IMG/VR virus record: IMGVR_UViG_3300025012_000066
Coordinates: 11,470 to 75,469 of that record
Strand: one strand, 5' to 3'
DNA length: 64,000 bases
Source: a virus
Shown here: positions 61,471 to 64,000 of the stretch, piece by piece
Layout: every line of letters starts with the position of its first letter
Numbering within the stretch: the stretch's first letter is position 1
Notes under the pieces: generated by a model
Seen by the model: the letters and a program-made list of their open reading frames with translations, nothing else
Database searches by the model: none
What the model was told of the DNA's origin: nothing
Position numbers and translations under genes: made by a program

Positions 61471-61987
61471 AACTCAGTCTTCCATCCTTTCGTTTTTAAT
61501 TTCTGATTCTTTATTACAGAACTCCAATACTTCTAATTTATCCACTACTTCCTTGCGATAATAACCAATTTTACCTGTATCTTGTTCAAAACAATGCATA
61601 TAGTTAATTTTATCATGATAGTTTGATTCATATTCTTCTTTGAAGATTTCTATCCACTTTGATCCATCCATTGCATCTGTTAGAATTTTAATACGTATCA
61701 CCTCTTTTGATTGTAGCAAGAATTTGATTAGTGGTATTTATAATCTATATGATCAAATCCTTGCTAATATTATGATAATTATTTTATGATTTGTGTTTAG
61801 GAATTATGATTATTAGGAAATCTTTTTGTAGTATGTAGTGATATTGGTCAAATCACTTTTGCTGAACATGAAGTTTGCTGTGTCTTGGGAATTGTATTCT
61901 TGTGAAGTGCAGGTAGTCCATTTACCGTCGATTCGATTGATGATTTTTGTAGGATTCATTTTTTTCACCTCCTTTCTATGTTTATAT

Positions 61988-62013
61988 TATAGCATGTGGG
62001 TAATTTGATGTCA
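61988..62013 (-). promoter_or_regulatory. Consensus sigma-A promoter (approximate bounds)
   Basis: TTGACA-17-TATAAT on the minus strand before a small ORF with RBS AAAGGAGG. Confidence 0.75.
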
Positions 62014-62032
62014 AGAAATTTTATTTATTGGT

Positions 62033-64000
62033 TTATACTAGTAGTAATTCTTTCAGATAAGTCTTCCTATTAAAGTCTGCTTTCTTTTTAATTGCTCTAT
62101 TTACAGTTTCAATTTCTCCAAAATGGAATACTTTTTGCTTTGCTCTCGTTTGCGAAACATAAATAAGATTGCTATTAAGCATAAAGGTGTGAGCTTTAGG
62201 AGTTATCATAATAACCTTTTCACATTGACCGCCTTGGCTCTTCATTATACTGATGCTATAAGCCAATTTAACATTTAATAAATCATTTTTAGTATATACA
62301 ACCAATTCATCAAACATAATAATTACTTTACCATATTCAATTTTAATTATTTTACCAATTTCTCCATTTGCAACAAATGTTTTATCATCTTCGTCTATCC
62401 AACCATCTTCTTTATATCTTATTGCTTTATAATTATTAACTGATTGAATTACCAAATCATTTTTATAAAATTTAGTATCCCCAATTTGAATGTTAATACC
62501 TTTCAATATTACATTAGGATTAGCAATAGGTTGTAGATGTTTATTTATTGCTACTGTACCATAATCACCTACATTGTATGAAGATAAAATCATAATATCT
62601 TCTATAGAATTTCCTGAAGTTAATAGTTTTTGATACAATGCAACAATATTTTTAATTATATGTTCTTGTTGCATAGATATAAACATATAACCTTTATCAT
62701 CGCCAAATATTTGTGGTTTTTGATGGTCTGCTAGAAACTTTTCGCTATTTCTAGTTTTTGTTGCTACAGTTAATACTCCTCCTTCTCCATATCTAAATAT
62801 TTGTATTAGAGAAACTATAGGAATTAGTTTTGAATTAATTAAATCATAGAATACATTTCCTGCTCCAACAGAAGGAATTTGAGCACTATCACCAATCATC
62901 AGTAATTTAGTTTTAGAAAAATCAATTGCTTCTAATAAATGTTTCATTAGAAAGACATCGCACATAGAAAATTCATCCACTATAACTACGGAATAAGGTA
63001 ATTTATGCTCCTCATTGTAACCCCATTCTGGAGGAATATACGCTAATCCTCTGTGTATAGTTGAAGCATTTTCTTTAGTGAATTCAGCAAGAACCTTTGC
63101 AGCTCTACCAGTGGGAGCAAATAAGCAAAATGATTTATTATTATCTTTTAGCATATCAATTACTGATTTAGTTGTTTGGCTCTTGCCTGAACCGGAAAAC
63201 CCATTTAGTATAGACACATTAGAATTACATACCATAGGTAAAACTTTATATTGTTGATCTGTGAGAGTTACTTCGGAATTTATCTTATATTTTTCAGTAT
63301 CTATATTCCATTGATTTTCTACCTTCATCCCTTCTAAAATCCTATTAGCAATATATACTTCAGTTTGATACGTTTCCTCTAATGCAACTGTATTTGTCGC
63401 TTTGCCAAAATGAATATCTTTATCATTCTTAATAATATCAACAAAGTGTTCAATACATTTCTTTGCTAATGCTTCTGATTGTTTTCTTAGGACTTTGATA
63501 TCAATTTTTGTATTACCATCATTCTCATTTTCTTCTAGTAGAAACATGATTGCAGATTTTTGTCTTTGACTAGAAGTTTGCAAATCAAAAGTGAAATCGA
63601 TTGGAGGAATTTCTCCTTTTTTCTTTGTTGCTATACAATCTTTATTAAATCCAAGAAGTATCTTGTCTGCTGTTTTGAAGGCTATTCTGGATAATCCGCA
63701 CAAACACTTATACGGATTATCTTGTAGTTTCTCTTTGATCATATCGACTGACCCATATTTATCATACAATGCCTTTAAGATTTTAAATTCGATAAATCCT
63801 TTAAATTCCGTAACCATCTCTGCTAGTGCAAAATTTTCAATTATTTTACGTTTAATAACATCGAATCTAAACCTTCCAATATTATAGAGTTTGTTTAAAT
63901 CAATATCTTCCAAACGATTATTAATAACTCTGTCAATAATATCTGGATATTCACGCATAACCTCATCGACTTGACTATAACTATCTAATATACTTTGTAA
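62033..64000 (-). CDS. RecD2-like SF1B helicase (5' truncated by window)
   Basis: GFSGSGKS, APTGRAA, IVDEFSM, GDSAQIPSV, QIFR, KSQG, YVSQTRAK; frame open to window edge. Confidence 0.9.
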   Translation of the reverse strand, partial: LQSILDSYSQVDEVMREYPDIIDRVINNRLEDIDLNKLYNIGRFRFDVIKRKIIENFALAEMVTEFKGFIEFKILKALYDKYGSVDMIKEKLQDNPYKCLCGLSRIAFKTADKILLGFNKDCIATKKKGEIPPIDFTFDLQTSSQRQKSAIMFLLEENENDGNTKIDIKVLRKQSEALAKKCIEHFVDIIKNDKDIHFGKATNTVALEETYQTEVYIANRILEGMKVENQWNIDTEKYKINSEVTLTDQQYKVLPMVCNSNVSILNGFSGSGKSQTTKSVIDMLKDNNKSFCLFAPTGRAAKVLAEFTKENASTIHRGLAYIPPEWGYNEEHKLPYSVVIVDEFSMCDVFLMKHLLEAIDFSKTKLLMIGDSAQIPSVGAGNVFYDLINSKLIPIVSLIQIFRYGEGGVLTVATKTRNSEKFLADHQKPQIFGDDKGYMFISMQQEHIIKNIVALYQKLLTSGNSIEDIMILSSYNVGDYGTVAINKHLQPIANPNVILKGINIQIGDTKFYKNDLVIQSVNNYKAIRYKEDGWIDEDDKTFVANGEIGKIIKIEYGKVIIMFDELVVYTKNDLLNVKLAYSISIMKSQGGQCEKVIMITPKAHTFMLNSNLIYVSQTRAKQKVFHFGEIETVNRAIKKKADFNRKTYLKELLLV

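Noticed and set aside
660-63887. Many short ORF-track entries antisense to or overlapping real genes (e.g. 660-935, 2534-2893, 27067-27570, 40903-41148, 44411-44752, 58029-58739, 63591-63887)
   Set aside because: Shadow ORFs with no RBS or motifs, overlapping well-supported genes or repeat regions
1-64000. tRNA/rRNA genes and group I/II introns
   Set aside because: No cloverleaf, rRNA-like or intron core motifs recognised by eye; not excluded without a covariance-model scan

Overview
This is a 64 kb segment of a large, very AT-rich SPbeta/c-st-like siphophage of a spore-forming clostridial host. The endolysin C-terminal domain recalls Desulfosporosinus-type amidases, from memory and not searched. 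The ParMR partition locus, centromere-like repeats, DnaA boxes and Rep gene point to a phage-plasmid (extrachromosomal prophage). Layout: tail genes (1-14.9 kb), lysis (14.9-17.3 kb), forward accessory/early region (17.8-34.5 kb), then a mainly reverse-strand arm with a DGQHR protein, an ATPase/M23/pilin-like module, ParMR-origin-Rep, nucleotide metabolism genes (thyX, dNMP kinase, dCMP deaminase, dUTPase, class II RNR with a 125-aa mini-intein) and a RecD2-like helicase. Main highlights: (1) a compact phage-borne type V-F CRISPR locus (AsCas12f1-like tracrRNA, 3-repeat array, cas12f with intact RuvC residues but two potentially reversible frameshifts) and an unannotated cas6 remnant nearby; (2) a recurring leader-RNA architecture (multi-stem junction plus a covarying pseudoknot onto the RBS) before homing-endonuclease and lysis genes; (3) a VirB4/FtsK-like ATPase + M23 + pilin-like module containing an antisense sigma-F-type transcription unit for a 25-aa peptide; (4) tail-protein domains reused inside two non-structural genes. 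All calls come from motif reading and recalled family knowledge; no database search was run.
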